The notes under the pieces are model-generated. The model was not told the origin of the DNA. It worked only from the letters and a program-made list of their open reading frames with translations, and ran no database searches. Shown here piece by piece: positions 1 through 9,152 of a stretch of DNA of 64,000 bases. Made by a program: the position numbers and the translations under genes. The number at the start of each line of letters is the position of its first letter. Position 1 is the first letter of the stretch. The stretch comes from Candidatus Sabulitectum sp. GTDB lineage: Bacteria; Fermentibacterota; Fermentibacteria; Fermentibacterales; JCC-6. The stretch covers positions 9,725-73,724 of the forward strand of contig JAGLOJ010000012.1 in the NCBI GenBank assembly GCA_023139045.1. Direction: 5' to 3'.

Positions 1-1140
1 TTCAGCGAAGTTGACAGTGCAGATAATAAGCAAGACAAATACGAGATCTGGGGAATCAACTCATCTTGCAGTAATTTGAAGAAAAGCAGAAGAATAGATG
101 CGGGGGAATCGGGAACTTTACTGAGATTTGCAATCGGTTTTGCCTGTTTGCTTCCGGGAGAAACAAGCATAAATGCAGGCCACAGGAACAAAGAAAGACC
201 GGTTGAGCCGCTCATAAAAGCATTGGAAGACCTGGGAGCCAGAATCACAAAAGCTTCTGATGAGAATATTTATCCTGTTAGAATTGAAAAAGGACTGGTT
301 GGGGGCAGAACTGTCATCAGTGGCGATATCAGCAGCCAGTTCATCAGCTCTTTGCTGATTGTTTCGTCTTATTCAGAGAAGGATGTGGAGCTTCAAGTCA
401 TGAAGCCAATAGTTTCATCGGACTATATAGATCTGACAATAAGGGAAATGGAGAAATCCGGAGTTACAGCAAGAAGAATAAGGAAAGAGAAGTATGATTT
501 GTTCAGGATAGAAGCAGGGCAGAAATATCAGCCGCGGAACATAAGTATTCCCAAGGACTGGAGTTCGACAAACTACCTGCTGGCCGCGTCTGTAATATTG
601 AATAGAAAAATAAGGATTAATCAAATAGACACAAGGTCAAATCCTGGAGAATCGGAATTTGTCGCGATCCTTCAGAGAATGGGGTGCAGTATAAATACAG
701 AATCTGACAGTGTGTCAATTCTGAATTCAGAGATTCTGAATGGCGTTGAGGTTGATATGAAAGACAGTCCGGATTCTGTTTTGACCTTGATCGCAGTTGC
801 TTTGTTTGCCGGAGGAACCACTGCTGTTAAAAACATAGGCCACTTAATATACAAAGAGAGCAACAGAATAAAACAAGTGGAAGAAGAACTGAGGAAAATC
901 GGAGCAGACATAAAAACTACAAAAGATTCAATAACAATTGTCGGGCAGAAACGGTTACATGCAGCAACTACCGAATCCCATAATGATCACAGACTGGCGA
1001 TGTGTCTGGGTTTGATAAGATTGAGAAATAGAAATATGAAAATAGAGAATAGAGAATGTGTGCAGAAATCGTTTCCGGAATTCTGGGAGTATATCAGGAA
1101 GATTGATGAGGGTGGTGAGAAATGCCTGGAGATTCAATAG
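1..1140 (+). CDS. aroA: 3-phosphoshikimate 1-carboxyvinyltransferase (EPSP synthase), 5' partial; the open frame runs off the window start
   Basis: Frame 1 is open from nt 1. Motifs IDAGESGTLLRF and GDISSQFISSLL are typical of EPSPS. Followed 6 nt later by aroC. Confidence 0.85.
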   Translation, partial: FSEVDSADNKQDKYEIWGINSSCSNLKKSRRIDAGESGTLLRFAIGFACLLPGETSINAGHRNKERPVEPLIKALEDLGARITKASDENIYPVRIEKGLVGGRTVISGDISSQFISSLLIVSSYSEKDVELQVMKPIVSSDYIDLTIREMEKSGVTARRIRKEKYDLFRIEAGQKYQPRNISIPKDWSSTNYLLAASVILNRKIRINQIDTRSNPGESEFVAILQRMGCSINTESDSVSILNSEILNGVEVDMKDSPDSVLTLIAVALFAGGTTAVKNIGHLIYKESNRIKQVEEELRKIGADIKTTKDSITIVGQKRLHAATTESHNDHRLAMCLGLIRLRNRNMKIENRECVQKSFPEFWEYIRKIDEGGEKCLEIQ

Positions 1141-1145
1141 GAAAA

Positions 1146-2210
1146 ATGTTTAAAATCAGCGTATGGGGAGAATCACACGGTCCATCAATTGGTGTTGTGG
1201 TAGAGGGGTGTCCACCGGATATTGAATTGGATTTGAATAAAATTCGAGAAGAACTGAGTAGAAGGAAACCCGGGAAAAACAAATTTGTAAGCGCCAGGAA
1301 AGAAGAGGATCGGTTTGAAATTCTATCCGGGTTGTTCAATGGAAAAACTACCGGAACCCCAATAAGTGTTGTGATTAAAAACGAGGGTTTAAAAAAAGAG
1401 AATTATGAGGAACTGGCGAAGATATTCAGACCGGCTCATGCTGACTTTACATATCACGCAAAATACGGAGTAAGAGACTATTACGGGGGTGGAAGAAGCT
1501 CAGCAAGATTAACCGCACCAGTTGTTGCTGCCGGTGCAATTGCCAGACAGATATTGAGCAGGGAACTGGGAATAGAAATAACGGCCTATGTAAAAAAAAT
1601 AGGTGGAATTGAATCAAATATCAGCTACGATAAGGTACAGCAATCAGATTTGTCTGAGAGTCTTATCAGTTTCCCGGAGAAGGATAGAGAAGAAGAAATC
1701 TTGAAATTGCTTGAGAAATTAAGGGAAGAGGGAAATTCTGTCGGGGGTATTGTAGAGTGTGTTGTGAAAAATGTGCCGGCTGGTTTTGGAGAGCCGCTCT
1801 TTGACAAGCTGGATGCTGATCTGGCCAAAGCGATGGTTGGGCTGAATGCTGTTAAAGGGTTTGAAACAGGTAACGGGTTCAGCTGTGTCGAATTAAGCGG
1901 AAAAGAAAATAATGATGAGTTTACCATGGAAAATGGAAAAATGGTAACCAGGACTAATCGCTCCGGGGGAATACTTGGGGGAATATCCAACGGGATGCCG
2001 ATAGTCTTCCGGGTTGCATTTAAGGCGACACCAAGTATTTCTCAAAAGCAGAACACTGTTGATATTGATGGAAAGGAAAAGGAAATAGAGATAAAGGGCG
2101 ATCATGATGTCTGTGTAGCTATTCGCGCAGTGCCAGTTGTTGAAGCTTTATCCGCAATTGTTATTTGTGATCATTATTTGAGATACAGGGGGCAGTGTGG
2201 AATAAAATGA
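1146..2210 (+). CDS. aroC: chorismate synthase
   Basis: The N-terminus MFKISVWGESHGPSIGVVVEGCPP is the canonical chorismate synthase start. ATG at 1146 lies just after the aroA stop; the ORF track's 1122 start is probably too early. Confidence 0.9.
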   Translation: MFKISVWGESHGPSIGVVVEGCPPDIELDLNKIREELSRRKPGKNKFVSARKEEDRFEILSGLFNGKTTGTPISVVIKNEGLKKENYEELAKIFRPAHADFTYHAKYGVRDYYGGGRSSARLTAPVVAAGAIARQILSRELGIEITAYVKKIGGIESNISYDKVQQSDLSESLISFPEKDREEEILKLLEKLREEGNSVGGIVECVVKNVPAGFGEPLFDKLDADLAKAMVGLNAVKGFETGNGFSCVELSGKENNDEFTMENGKMVTRTNRSGGILGGISNGMPIVFRVAFKATPSISQKQNTVDIDGKEKEIEIKGDHDVCVAIRAVPVVEALSAIVICDHYLRYRGQCGIK

Positions 2211-2455
2211 ATCAAATAAATAAGTTGAGGGAAGAAATTGATAAAGTGGATAGTGAAATAGTAAAACAATTGAATAAAAGAATCGAATTGGTCCTGGAAA
2301 TTAAAGAATGCAAGAAGAAGAGTAATCTTCCGATTGAAGATTGTGCCAGAGAGGAAGAAATTATTTCCAATCTGGAATTAGGTGAATCGGATGAAAAATT
2401 TGTTAGAGATATTTATCAAGTGATTTTCAGGTTTTCTAAATCAAGACAAAGATAG
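2195..2455 (+). CDS. chorismate mutase (AroQ class II)
   Basis: Small helical protein, MNQINKLREEIDKVDSEIVKQLNKRIELVLEIKECK, resembles AroQ. It overlaps the aroC end; the real start may be ATG 2207. Confidence 0.75.
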   Translation: MWNKMNQINKLREEIDKVDSEIVKQLNKRIELVLEIKECKKKSNLPIEDCAREEEIISNLELGESDEKFVRDIYQVIFRFSKSRQR

Positions 2456-2565
2456 ACTTTTCCAATCTGTATGAAGACCACCCCAGCGATGTTGATGAAA
2501 ACCGGCTGATACTGATCTCCGGCCCTTTCAAACGTTTCGCTCATGGCTTTCCAGAGGCAGATAAC

Positions 2566-2603
2566 CGGCATCCGTGCGCGATGCCGTGCATGCAGAATTT
2601 TTC
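2566..2603 (+). terminator. hairpin (GGCATC-loop-GATGCC, 7 bp with flanks) about 110 nt after the chorismate mutase stop, with an A/T stretch a few nt downstream; possible operon terminator
   Basis: Inverted repeat seen at 2566-2586; the T-run at 2597-2602 is not immediately adjacent to the stem, so this is weak. Confidence 0.25.
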
Positions 2604-3378
2604 GCGAACAGAGGGGAGATGGGATGGAGCAAATGGGAACTCTTTGATCCCTGTGTCTTGACAGCTGTAATTTTGTTTAATCTTTCGATATACCGAAAGG
2701 ATGCAACATGAAACAACAAATTGTCTTCTAAGACAGAAGGATGTGTTGGGATTTAAGTAGAAATGGGATAAGACACATCAATCTGGTGGATTTTCTTATG
2801 AAATCAGAGTGAAGATGATCAAGAACCAGGCTGTTTGTAATGTCCCATGACCGGAATTGACTGCGCTGGAACGTATATTTGATGTGTAGCCAAGTAGTTA
2901 CATGACGATGACAGGTTCCGCCATTGTTATCTGAATACAGAGGTGATAATTCCTTTATCGACTGAAATTACAGTTGTTTCAGTTGCTCTCGTCAAAATCG
3001 CTCAAGACCATCTTACAAAACCATGCTGACTTTACAGTTTTCATCTTCAAGCGGGAGCAGCGGGTTGCATCTTTCTGGTGAGTATCAACTCTTGATGGGG
3101 AATGGTTCCCGCGGGGCAGACAGCAAAACTGTTGTGGCTGCAGGAACCGTCTGCTTCTATGGCACTTCGTTTTTCATACATGTTTTCTCTTTATGGCCCG
3201 AAGAAATAATGGGATTCAAGATAATACTGATGATTGACCCGATGGTTCACTATTGGATACCCTTGAAAGAAAAACGGTGAATGGGTGATGGCCCACATTC
3301 AGGAGTATGCGGTCGGATAGTTCATCTATTGACATGTGAGATGATATGTCTGATCATCAGACATAAAGGGGGAAGATC

Positions 3379-5181
3379 ATGTACAGAATATTCCTTTTGC
3401 TTATACTCTTCAGTTCGTTCATTGCTTCTTTTGCAGATTCAGTAGTTCAGACCGACTGGTCAGCTGGTCCGGGTGCGTTCGGTCCTGAATCTGTGTGGGA
3501 AAATTCTTTCGGCAGTTGTCAGTCCTGTGACTGGTTTTCTGACCCCGGCTCTCTGAAACTGGGTGCTGTGAGAGTTGATACCTTATTCGTTGTCTCAGAA
3601 GTACCAGGAACTGGGCCATTCTGTGTTGTCGACTTCGATCTGGACGGCGACATGGATATTCTTTCGATTAGTCTTGCAGCTCAGACCGTACACTGGTTGG
3701 AGAATCTGGATGGTTGCGGTACGTCCTGGGCAGATCATCAGATTGAGGAATGTGAGCGGGGTTATTGGGATTTTTCAGCTATTTCAGCTGCGGACTTCGA
3801 CATGAATGGAGAGATGGATATTGTCCTGGGCACTCAGATGAATGTTGTTGTTTATTACCAGTTAGGTTCGGTATTCTGGGGCATTCAAGTCTGCTCAGAA
3901 GGTTGGGTTTATCAACTGGCCTCCAACGACGCCGATGGTGATGGTGACACAGATATTTACATGATCAGCGAACACAGCTGGTACGGTTTGTTTTCATTCA
4001 TACTGAATGGATATCCTTCCGCGAGTTGGCAGCTTAATGAGATAGAGTACATTCAGAGCGACTTTGCACTTGGTGACATAGATGGTGACGGTGATCTGGA
4101 TATGCCAACGGCTCGATACTGGGCCGGCGGAGTAAAGTGGTACGATTACAGTGCCGGATACTTTATTATCGAGGGAACTGGAGCCTGGTCTATTGCGACT
4201 GCTGATTTCGATATTGATGGTGATATGGATGTTGTGGTTGATTACTGCTCAAGGCTGGAATGGTATGAGAATGCAGATGGTATCGGACAGGAATGGATAG
4301 TAAGAGGGTTCAAAAACAATCCCGCTGCTCTATATTATCCAGACATTGCAGCAGGTGATTTTGATTTTGATGGTGATGCCGATGTAACCAGACGAGCCAG
4401 TGGCTGGCTGCAGATTTACTGGAATGAGGATTATCAAGGCTCCGAGTGGTCTTATCTGAATTCGGGCATATCTGCTATCGGAACAGGTGATGTCTGTATG
4501 GCTGATATTGATCAGGATGGTATTGATGATGTAGTTGCCAGCTGGTCAACCACCGGTCTGCTTGTATGGTGGAAGACGGGGCAGAGAGCCCATTGCGGTG
4601 AACTCACATCTGCAGTTCTGCTTCTGCCATCCGATCCGGAGTGGGAAAGTATCTTCTGGACCTGCAATCAACCTCCTGAAACCAGCATCTCATTTCTTGT
4701 TCGTTCATCGGATGATCCTTCGGATATGGGTGAGTGGTCGGATACCATTGCAGTGTCTGGCACCAGCCTTGCCGGGGTGCTTTCAGATTGTGACAACTAT
4801 TTGCAGTACAGAGTTATTCTGAGTTCTTCCGATGTGCAGGCGACCCCTGAGCTTCAGGAGGTTATTTTCAACTACAACAGTCTTGGTATTGAAAATGATC
4901 CGGTTGTTGTTCTTTCATCGGGGGTTGTGTCAAATCCAGTATTTGGGTCTGCAGTTATCAGGTTTGAATTATCTGTCCAAGCTTCAGTTGTAATTGCAGT
5001 TTTCGATCTGTCCGGTCGTCTGGTCAGTAGGTCTTTATCATCAGAGTACTCTGTCGGGTCTCATGATGTTCTGCTTGGGGATTTTCCGCCTGGAATCTAC
5101 TTCTGTACCGTTGCTGCTGGAAATTTAACTACCTCACAGCGCTTTGCAGTGGTGGAAAAGGGGCAGAGTCTCGGCGTCTGA
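3379..5181 (+). CDS. secreted FG-GAP/VCBS-repeat beta-propeller protein with C-terminal T9SS (Por) sorting domain
   Basis: N-terminal signal peptide. Repeated DxDxDGDxD calcium-binding loops (DFDLDGDMDIL, DADGDGDTDIY, DIDGDGDLDM, DFDIDGDMDVV, DFDFDGDADV). C-terminal ~80 aa (VFDLSGRLV...GIYFCTV...) matches the T9SS type-A CTD pattern. Confidence 0.8.
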   Translation: MYRIFLLLILFSSFIASFADSVVQTDWSAGPGAFGPESVWENSFGSCQSCDWFSDPGSLKLGAVRVDTLFVVSEVPGTGPFCVVDFDLDGDMDILSISLAAQTVHWLENLDGCGTSWADHQIEECERGYWDFSAISAADFDMNGEMDIVLGTQMNVVVYYQLGSVFWGIQVCSEGWVYQLASNDADGDGDTDIYMISEHSWYGLFSFILNGYPSASWQLNEIEYIQSDFALGDIDGDGDLDMPTARYWAGGVKWYDYSAGYFIIEGTGAWSIATADFDIDGDMDVVVDYCSRLEWYENADGIGQEWIVRGFKNNPAALYYPDIAAGDFDFDGDADVTRRASGWLQIYWNEDYQGSEWSYLNSGISAIGTGDVCMADIDQDGIDDVVASWSTTGLLVWWKTGQRAHCGELTSAVLLLPSDPEWESIFWTCNQPPETSISFLVRSSDDPSDMGEWSDTIAVSGTSLAGVLSDCDNYLQYRVILSSSDVQATPELQEVIFNYNSLGIENDPVVVLSSGVVSNPVFGSAVIRFELSVQASVVIAVFDLSGRLVSRSLSSEYSVGSHDVLLGDFPPGIYFCTVAAGNLTTSQRFAVVEKGQSLGV

Positions 5182-5184
5182 CCG

Positions 5185-5877
5185 CTATTGGAAGAGGGCT
5201 TTGATGCCGCCGAAGGTAACCCTTGTCAGGGCTGTGTTGTAGTCATCTACACTGAAGTTGTCAATGTAGAACATTGGCTCTGCGTCATCGTAACCGCATA
5301 CAACTCCTGCCAGGCCCGTATCCAGGTTGAATATGCTGTCCATGACGTTGGAACTCACTGAGCCGTTGACTGACAGCTTGAGCTCTACCGGGTTCGTTCC
5401 TGTAACCTCGAAGGAGACAGTGTACCAGGTATTCTCATTCAAAGGATAGAAGAAGTCGTTTGCCAGGATGTCATACTTTCCGTTCTCGTCTACATGAGCT
5501 ATGACAGTGGCACCTGCCGGGGGGTAAGTGGAGAAAATACCAGCCATGTAACATTCACCTGTGGAGCTGTTCACTCTGCTAAGGAGGCCGGCGACTGCTT
5601 CCGATCCGGTGAACTTGATGTCAGCGCTGACTGCTCCGTCCGACCAGATTGCGGAACCCATACATATGTAAACTGCAGAACTGTCGCTGTTCCATTCAGT
5701 CTCAACGATGTTGTTACCACCATCATCCGCTACGATCAGGTTGCCGGCGGGAAAAGGACGTAGCCAGTATGCCGAACTGTTCAAGTCATCACCCGGTGAG
5801 TAGGACTCAAAATTGTCGGAGAAGTTCAGGGCAATAAGGATGGTGGGCAGAATGCAAAGGAAAATGACTGTTTTCAC
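5185..5877 (-). CDS. secreted hypothetical protein, concanavalin/LamG-like beta-sandwich (lectin-like)
   Basis: Signal peptide MKTVIFLCILPTILIAL, beta-rich composition, conserved W/G/Y pattern. Convergent with the FG-GAP gene; stops are 3 nt apart. Confidence 0.55.
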   Translation of the reverse strand: MKTVIFLCILPTILIALNFSDNFESYSPGDDLNSSAYWLRPFPAGNLIVADDGGNNIVETEWNSDSSAVYICMGSAIWSDGAVSADIKFTGSEAVAGLLSRVNSSTGECYMAGIFSTYPPAGATVIAHVDENGKYDILANDFFYPLNENTWYTVSFEVTGTNPVELKLSVNGSVSSNVMDSIFNLDTGLAGVVCGYDDAEPMFYIDNFSVDDYNTALTRVTFGGIKALFQ

Positions 5878-6215
5878 GATGGATATCCCTTCTCGGAATT
5901 GTTATAAACTGCTACCGCACAATATCTGTATTTCAGGGGGGTGTCAAGTCGGACAGACCTCCCATCATCTCTGTTGTATTGGTTTCATTACTGTTAGACA
6001 AGAAAAATTAAGTAATAATAATTATCACATGGAGGTGAAAAATGCGCCAACTGGTATGTGTATTCAATCTGTTATCTGCATTAGCAAACACTCATACGAT
6101 AGATGCCAGATAACATGCTCCAAGAGAGAACATAACCGGCATTGTTCTCGGTGAGCGTGTCTGCGCCCCTGATTCACTGGATTGTGCGATTTATGGTGTT
6201 TATTGGACGGGGGAG

Positions 6216-6892
6216 TTGCTTGAGATAGTTGTTTTGCCTTCTTTGCCCAATACTCCAGTTGGATTGGTAATTGCCAGTTGTATCTTCTATCTTGCAGAAA
6301 ACGAAACTGTAATAGTTCATTCCATTGGCTCTGACGGCAATCTGCTGGGAAGCTGGGATTTTTCCAACAGTGGTATTCACAGCATCTCCGGAATAGCTAC
6401 AGATGTTTCTCTACTTCGCAGTACCTGCTGATTCCGGATTCAGCAGACAGATCGATTTACAGAGCAAAAATGCCCCTCGGGTGCGAACCTGTTCAGTATC
6501 TGTTCACAATTGAAGATGAAATTGAAGTGCACGATATCGCATGGGGTTGCGTCGTGTTTCCTGTTGCCTGCAGTTATGAAGAATCTCCCATTCAAATACG
6601 GGGAGCGTTGAAGAGGGATGATACGGCACTGTAATCTCAGTGAGTTTCAGCATTTGCTCGAATCCGGTGCATACGGGTGCTGATGTATATCTTTTCTGTG
6701 GACCTTGCCTTGGATGGCTTTGTTGCTCTTCAGCTGTATGATATCAGCGGCAGGCTTATTCAGTTGGAAACAACTGGTATTCTGGCACCGGACCTCATGA
6801 AATCTCACCGGGGAGTTTTTCTCCCGGTATCTACTTTTTCGTATGACCTGTGGAGAGTTCAGCAGAATATCAAATCTCATTTCCGCTCATGA
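6216..6892 (+). pseudogene. decayed T9SS-cargo gene remnant (C-terminal sorting-domain fragments spread over three reading frames)
   Basis: ORF fragments 6216-6431 and 6677-6892 lie in different frames. LQLYDISGRLIQLE... and, after a shift, ...SPGIYFF are hallmark T9SS CTD motifs. A protein-like segment in a third frame sits between them. Confidence 0.5.
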
Positions 6893-7122
6893 AGCTCCGC
6901 ACTCATTGCTCTCATTGCTGTGGTGGAGAATATAAATTCAACGGGGAATCCGAAGTACTCGCTTATTCTGAAGGCAAGATCCAGGCTTGGGTTGTAGTCC
7001 TGTCTTTCAAGATAGCCCACTGTCTGGAAATTGATTCCGATCTCTTCTGCCAGTTGTTTTCTGGAGATACCTTTTTCCACTCTGAGATATTTTATTCTGT
7101 TGTACAGTTTTCTGGCTTTCAT
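6877..7122 (-). CDS. XRE-family helix-turn-helix transcriptional regulator
   Basis: 81 aa; LRVEKGISRKQLAEEIGINFQTVGYLERQDYNPSLDLAFRISEYFGFPVEFIF is a classic Cro/C1-type HTH. Its start overlaps the upstream membrane-protein gene by 4 nt. Confidence 0.8.
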   Translation of the reverse strand: MKARKLYNRIKYLRVEKGISRKQLAEEIGINFQTVGYLERQDYNPSLDLAFRISEYFGFPVEFIFSTTAMRAMSAELHERK

Positions 7123-7556
7123 TCGGTATCCTCCGGAATGCCCTTTTTCCAGGCGATCATGGTGCCGGGCAGTGTATGCGAGAGGTAGATCATGCTAGCC
7201 ACAAGGGGCATGGAGATGGTGTACTGAGGGCAGATATTCATGCGGCTTATAAGTGACAGAGCAAGCATAATCACAAGGCAGATAACGGCGAACCAGCCAT
7301 AGGATTCACTGAGAGCCCAGTGTGTAAGAGCAAGTTCCCGCTCATCAAGGTCTTTTGATTTGGTGTGGGTCAGTTTCCATATCCCTGACTTTTTGTGAAG
7401 GGGAATGAATGTAAGAGCCACAACGACCAGGCTGGTGATACCGATGACATCGTAGATGTTCGACGCAGCTCTGCCTCTGTAGACAAAGTAGAAGGCGATA
7501 TTCATGAAAATAAGAGCCGCATAGTTAACCACTGCCAGAGTTTTCAGATTCTTCAT
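7119..7556 (-). CDS. small integral membrane protein (DUF2178-like) co-transcribed with the XRE regulator
   Basis: 145 aa, 3-4 predicted TM helices. Pairing of an XRE regulator with such a membrane protein is a recurrent two-gene module. Confidence 0.6.
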   Translation of the reverse strand: MKNLKTLAVVNYAALIFMNIAFYFVYRGRAASNIYDVIGITSLVVVALTFIPLHKKSGIWKLTHTKSKDLDERELALTHWALSESYGWFAVICLVIMLALSLISRMNICPQYTISMPLVASMIYLSHTLPGTMIAWKKGIPEDTE

Positions 7557-7655
7557 AATTACACTCCTTGCGTATGAGAATTACCAAATATTGTAAATAT
7601 ACGCAATACGTTATAGAAATACAATAGAATCCGGTTTGCTGTGTTTTCGGTATTA

Positions 7656-8207
7656 TCATTCCTGATCAATAAGGTGCGTGAGATACCAGGTGTCAGTGCT
7701 GTCCGGTCTGCAGACCATGGTGAATTGACCTGTTTCCACGGCTCCTGAATCAGGATAGGAGTAGTACATTTTCATCCGATAATTTCTGGGGAATGCTATA
7801 GATTCGCTTGTAGAATCCGCTGGCCAGGGGTAATACCACAATCCCTCAAGGGTCAGTTCAATGGCTTCACAGCTTGAAAAGAGTATCTGTGCATTGGTCA
7901 TCTCAAGATCGTAGCCCCAGGTGCTGTCAATGGTTCCGTCGCCGTTGTAGTCGCCCCAGTCTTCCTCCTTGAGAAGGTGCAGAAACTCTGAATCCAGTGT
8001 GGCTGCCAGAAGGTTTGCGTCTCTGGTGTTGTAGGCGTACTTGTAGTTTTCAATGGCTTTCCAGCCTTCGTTAACCGGGTTATAGGGAAGTACCGGTGTA
8101 ACTATACCTGTTGCATTACTACCGCATGCCGCCAGGATCAGGGACAGTGTGATGATTATCGTTAATACTCTTTTCATCATTCCTCCAGCTTGGTGACTTG
8201 AATCCAT
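7656..8207 (-). CDS. lipoprotein, hypothetical
   Basis: Signal peptide with lipobox LILAAC. GGAGGA sits immediately upstream of the tandem ATGs (MMKRV, 8180/8177), which may be the true start. Confidence 0.6.
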   Translation of the reverse strand: MDSSHQAGGMMKRVLTIIITLSLILAACGSNATGIVTPVLPYNPVNEGWKAIENYKYAYNTRDANLLAATLDSEFLHLLKEEDWGDYNGDGTIDSTWGYDLEMTNAQILFSSCEAIELTLEGLWYYPWPADSTSESIAFPRNYRMKMYYSYPDSGAVETGQFTMVCRPDSTDTWYLTHLIDQE

Positions 8208-8655
8208 TGTTCCTTCTTAAATGCCGAATCAGGATCACACTTGAGACAATAGTGATTACAATAGCTGGAGTTCCCGCTTCCATGCCGAAAGCACCTCCGG
8301 TGAGCCAGGCTGGCCCTTCAAATGCTGCTTTGAAGAGGCTCCGGGTGTCTGTACCGGAGACCGCGATGTCAAAAATTCCACCCATGGTGAAGTTCCATGC
8401 GAAGTGGAGAGCTGAAATCACCCAGAGATTTCTGGTGGCCATGTAGACAAGGGTCATGAGTATGCCGAATTCAAGGCCTACTGCAACACTTGACCAGAGG
8501 GTTGCATTGGGATTGGTGGCGTGAGTAAGGCCGCCTTCTACGGCAACAACCAGCAGGGCGATAAGACTGCCTGCCCACTTCTCAACCAGCCTGAAGATTA
8601 TTCCCCTGGTGATCAGCTCTTCAATAAAACCGATCATTATCATGAAAAAAAGTAC
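8119..8655 (-). CDS. CPBP-family (CAAX/Abi) intramembrane metalloprotease, catalytic C-terminal part; out of frame with the preceding N-terminal part
   Basis: Motifs FIEELITRGIIF (EExxxR) and HFAWNF (HxxxN/D) define CPBP. The protein-like sequence begins exactly at MIMIG (nt 8643-8657). Confidence 0.6.
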   Translation of the reverse strand, partial: VLFFMIMIGFIEELITRGIIFRLVEKWAGSLIALLVVAVEGGLTHATNPNATLWSSVAVGLEFGILMTLVYMATRNLWVISALHFAWNFTMGGIFDIAVSGTDTRSLFKAAFEGPAWLTGGAFGMEAGTPAIVITIVSSVILIRHLRRNNGFKSPSWRNDEKSINDNHHTVPDPGGMR

Positions 8656-9017
8656 TTGATTACATCCGCAGATGGTTGAAATCCGACGATGCGGTAGTTG
8701 CCTGCTATGGCCAGGAAACCAACTTGAAGCAGGATGAGTCCGGAACCAATTGTTATTCCGAGGAGAACCTTTCTGAACCAGTGGCAAGTTGCGTACTCCC
8801 ACAGGGAGGAGTGCTCGAACCTCCTGAGATACAAGCGGTAGAAGTATACGGTAAGGAGGATGAAAAATGAGACCTGGATTGCTCTGCCTGGTATTGTGTT
8901 GAGAATTCCAGCGCCCTTGAGAAGAAGCTTTGCTCCTATTCCACCCAGGCATCCCATACCCACGAATACAAGTGCGATCATCATTAGAATCAGGGGGTGC
9001 AGGCGTTTCGTCCTCAC
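8640..9017 (-). CDS. N-terminal transmembrane portion of the same CPBP protease, separated from the catalytic half by a frameshift
   Basis: 125-aa polytopic membrane ORF ending ...KYFFS* inside a T7 run (A7 on the plus strand, 8644-8650). One extra T would fuse it in frame to MIMIGFIEEL... Confidence 0.5.
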   Translation of the reverse strand: MRTKRLHPLILMMIALVFVGMGCLGGIGAKLLLKGAGILNTIPGRAIQVSFFILLTVYFYRLYLRRFEHSSLWEYATCHWFRKVLLGITIGSGLILLQVGFLAIAGNYRIVGFQPSADVIKYFFS

Positions 9018-9152
9018 TCATTCTCCATATCGCTGAATGGAAAGGCTGATTTAACCGGGACTTTCTTTAAACGCTTCCTGTCACAATTCAATATACTACT
9101 GCTGTCTCAGTTATTCAAAAAAGCAGTCCCTCACAACAGAAAAGGGAGCTTG

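Noticed and set aside
3023-3280. 85-aa ORF in the long intergenic gap
   Set aside because: Ser/Gly-rich low-complexity N-terminus, no RBS, no recognisable domain; it looks like a chance ORF.
5813-6154. 113-aa ORF between the lectin-like gene and the T9SS remnant
   Set aside because: Cys/His-rich random-looking sequence that overlaps the lectin-like gene start on the opposite strand; no support.
8656-9021. First ~125 codons of the 300-aa ORF 8119-9021
   Set aside because: This part overlaps the genuine N-terminal CPBP membrane ORF in another frame and has non-protein-like composition. Only the part from MIMIG onward is real.
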